Part shown: one piece after another, positions 25,556 through 27,350 of the stretch
Position numbering within the stretch: position 1 is the stretch's first letter
How the letters are laid out: every line of letters begins with the position of its first letter
From: Actinomycetota bacterium
GTDB taxonomy: Bacteria; Actinomycetota; UBA4738
DNA length: 27,350 nt
Direction of reading: 5' to 3'
Assembly (NCBI GenBank): GCA_005885025.1
Contig: VAYC01000014.1
Location: forward strand, 1 to 27,350
Program-made: the position numbers and the translations under genes
The notes under the pieces: model-generated
Database searches by the model: none
The model's input: only the letters and a program-made list of their open reading frames with translations
Told to the model about the DNA's origin: nothing

Positions 25556-27064
25556 TCAGGCGCTCCGCCCGTCGGCCTGCTCCAACAGCTCGGTAACGGT
25601 CTCGGCGGCCGCGGGCCGGGCGAAGTAGTACCCCTGGGCCAGCCTGCATCCCAGCGCCAACAGGTGGGCCCGCTGTTCGGCCCGTTCGACGCCCTCGGCC
25701 ACCGTCTCCAGCCCCAGGCTGTGCACCAGGCGGATGATCCCTCGGGCCAGCGTCCACTCCTCGCTCCCGGTGGCCACGCCCGCCACGAAGGATCGGTCGA
25801 TCTTCACCACGTCCACCGGCAATCGGCGCAGGTAGCTCAAGGAAGAGAACCCGATACCGAAGTCGTCGATGGCCAGCCGCACTCCCAGGCCCCTCAGCGC
25901 CCGCAGCACCGAGATCGTCGCTTCGGTGTCCTGCATCAATACGGTCTCGGTGATCTCGAGTGTCAGGCTGGCCGGATCGAGACCGAACGCTTCGACCGCG
26001 GCCCGGACATCCCTCAGCAGATCGGGGTCCTGGAGCTGCCGGGCGGAGATGTTGACGCTGATGGCGAGGGGTTGCTCTGACGGGAACCGCTGCTGCCACG
26101 ACCTCAGTTGCCGGCATGCCTCCGCCGTGACCCATCGATCCATGGCGACGATCAGGCCCGCTTCCTCGGCGAGCGGGATGAAGTCCGCCGGGGAGATCAT
26201 GCCGCGCTCCGGATGCATCCAACGGATGAGGGCCTCCGTGCCGACGATCCGGCCGTCGGTCAGGCGCACGACCGGCTGGTAATGGAGGACGAACTCCCTC
26301 CGTTCGAGAGCTCGCCTGAGCTCGGTCAGGAGCTCGAACCGCTTCAGCAGGGCGACGTGACGATCATGCTGATAGACCTCGTACCGGCGCCTGCCGGCTC
26401 GCTTGGCCGCACCCATCGCGGCGTCCGCGTCGCTCACGATCGACCTGCCGTCTTTGGATCCGTCCGGGAACTGGGTGATGCCGATGCTCGCGTCGACGAA
26501 CACCTCTCTTCCCTGGACCGGGAACGCGGCCCCAAGTCGGTCGAGGACTCGGTCGGCCACCTGCGTCGCCTCCGGGATGCCCGCATCCACGAGCAGCATG
26601 GCGAACTCGTCTCCATCCAAGCGGGCAACCGAGTCCGCGGCCCGCAGGCAGCCACGTAGCCGCTGGCCCACTTCGACCAGGACGCGATCCCCGGCGCTTT
26701 GCCCGAAGGCATCGTTCACGCTGTTGAAGCCGTCGAGGTCAACCACCAGGACGGCGACGGGCCGGCCCCGACGCTTCGTGCCTGCGACAGCATGGTCCAC
26801 GCGGTCGAGGAACAGCGTGCGGTTGGGAAGCTGGGTGAGTGGGTCGTACAGGGCCTGCTGGCGCATCTCCCGCTCGAGTCGCCGGCGGTCCATCCTCGCG
26901 CCTGCCCACACGCCGACCAAGCAGATGCCGAGGAAGGTAACGGCCGCACCTTTGCCCCACCCGCCTGCGGGCCACAGGTAGGAGAGGACGGTCAGGGCAA
27001 CGCCGGCTCCGAGGAACCCGGTGGAGACGCTGGGGCGCAACCGGCGAAGCCCGCGGTCAGCCAT
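25556..27064 (-). CDS. Two-TM GGDEF-EAL protein (degenerate DGDEF, intact EAL); putative c-di-GMP phosphodiesterase
   Basis: YDPLTQLPNR, DLDGFNSVND, RAAD I-site and DGDEF; EAL, VNIS, EITE, DDFGIGFSS, KIDRSF, AEGVE and QGYYF. Confidence 0.93.
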   Translation of the reverse strand: MADRGLRRLRPSVSTGFLGAGVALTVLSYLWPAGGWGKGAAVTFLGICLVGVWAGARMDRRRLEREMRQQALYDPLTQLPNRTLFLDRVDHAVAGTKRRGRPVAVLVVDLDGFNSVNDAFGQSAGDRVLVEVGQRLRGCLRAADSVARLDGDEFAMLLVDAGIPEATQVADRVLDRLGAAFPVQGREVFVDASIGITQFPDGSKDGRSIVSDADAAMGAAKRAGRRRYEVYQHDRHVALLKRFELLTELRRALERREFVLHYQPVVRLTDGRIVGTEALIRWMHPERGMISPADFIPLAEEAGLIVAMDRWVTAEACRQLRSWQQRFPSEQPLAISVNISARQLQDPDLLRDVRAAVEAFGLDPASLTLEITETVLMQDTEATISVLRALRGLGVRLAIDDFGIGFSSLSYLRRLPVDVVKIDRSFVAGVATGSEEWTLARGIIRLVHSLGLETVAEGVERAEQRAHLLALGCRLAQGYYFARPAAAETVTELLEQADGRSA

Positions 27065-27350
27065 CCCTTCCCTTTCCGTCCCCTCCGAGGATCATCCACG
27101 GGAGCCCCAAGCCGGTGACCGTGTCCAGGAGCGTGTCGAACGCCACCGGTTTCACCAGGTAGGAGTTGGCGCCCAGCTCGAACGCCCGATCGATGTCTTC
27201 CGACTCCGAAGAGCCGGAGAGCATGACCACGGGGATACGGTCGAGGTTGGGCTGCTGGCGGAGCCAGGTGAGCAGCTCGAGGCCGGACCTCCCCGGGACG
27301 TGCAGGTCCAGCAGGATGAGAACAGGGAGAGGGAAGTGCGTTCGGTCGGC
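27057..27350 (-). CDS. Single-domain or C-terminal REC response regulator (Rcp1-like), 5'-truncated; missing from the ORF track
   Basis: Manual translation from 27350: ADRTHFPLPVLILLDLHVPGRSGLELLTWLRQQPNLDRIPVVMLSGSSESEDIDRAFELGANSYLVKPVAFDTLLDTVTGLGLPWMILGGDGKGRDG-stop. The stop overlaps the GGDEF-EAL start by 8 nt. Confidence 0.92.
   Translation of the reverse strand, partial: ADRTHFPLPVLILLDLHVPGRSGLELLTWLRQQPNLDRIPVVMLSGSSESEDIDRAFELGANSYLVKPVAFDTLLDTVTGLGLPWMILGGDGKGRDG

Noticed and set aside
17821-27350. Signalling block as a horizontally acquired mobile island
   Set aside because: No integrase, transposase, tRNA target, flanking repeats or obvious compositional shift was seen.

Overview
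High-GC bacterial window, most likely from a deep-branching Actinomycetota lineage (inference from ribosomal protein signatures such as L14 ending ISLAPEVL, S8 starting MVMTDPIAD and S3 starting MGHKVNP). It has three blocks. (1) 1-759: the 3' part of a flavin-dependent halogenase-like gene. (2) 837-17820: a sigma70-type promoter and structured leader, then one contiguous str-S10-spc superoperon (rpsL to secY-adk-map) with all expected genes present. It carries an extra 81-aa gene coupled between tuf and rpsJ and ends after map, without infA-rpmJ-rpsM-rpsK-rpsD-rpoA-rplQ. (3) 17842-27350: a signalling island. This holds a surface protein coupled to a HisKA_3 kinase with a PilS-like membrane domain, a dCache-PAS-PAS hybrid kinase, a REC-plus-coil protein, a PilT-family ATPase with an extra C-terminal domain, a degenerate-GGDEF/EAL protein and a partial single-domain response regulator. 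The best candidates for undescribed biology are the tuf-rpsJ small gene, the terminator/antiterminator switch in the rpsL leader, the surface protein/PilS-like kinase pair, the PilT fusion, and a helix shared between the REC-coil protein and the HisKA_3 kinase. I saw no tRNA, rRNA, CRISPR array or mobile element. No searches were run; family assignments rest on motif recognition and recall.
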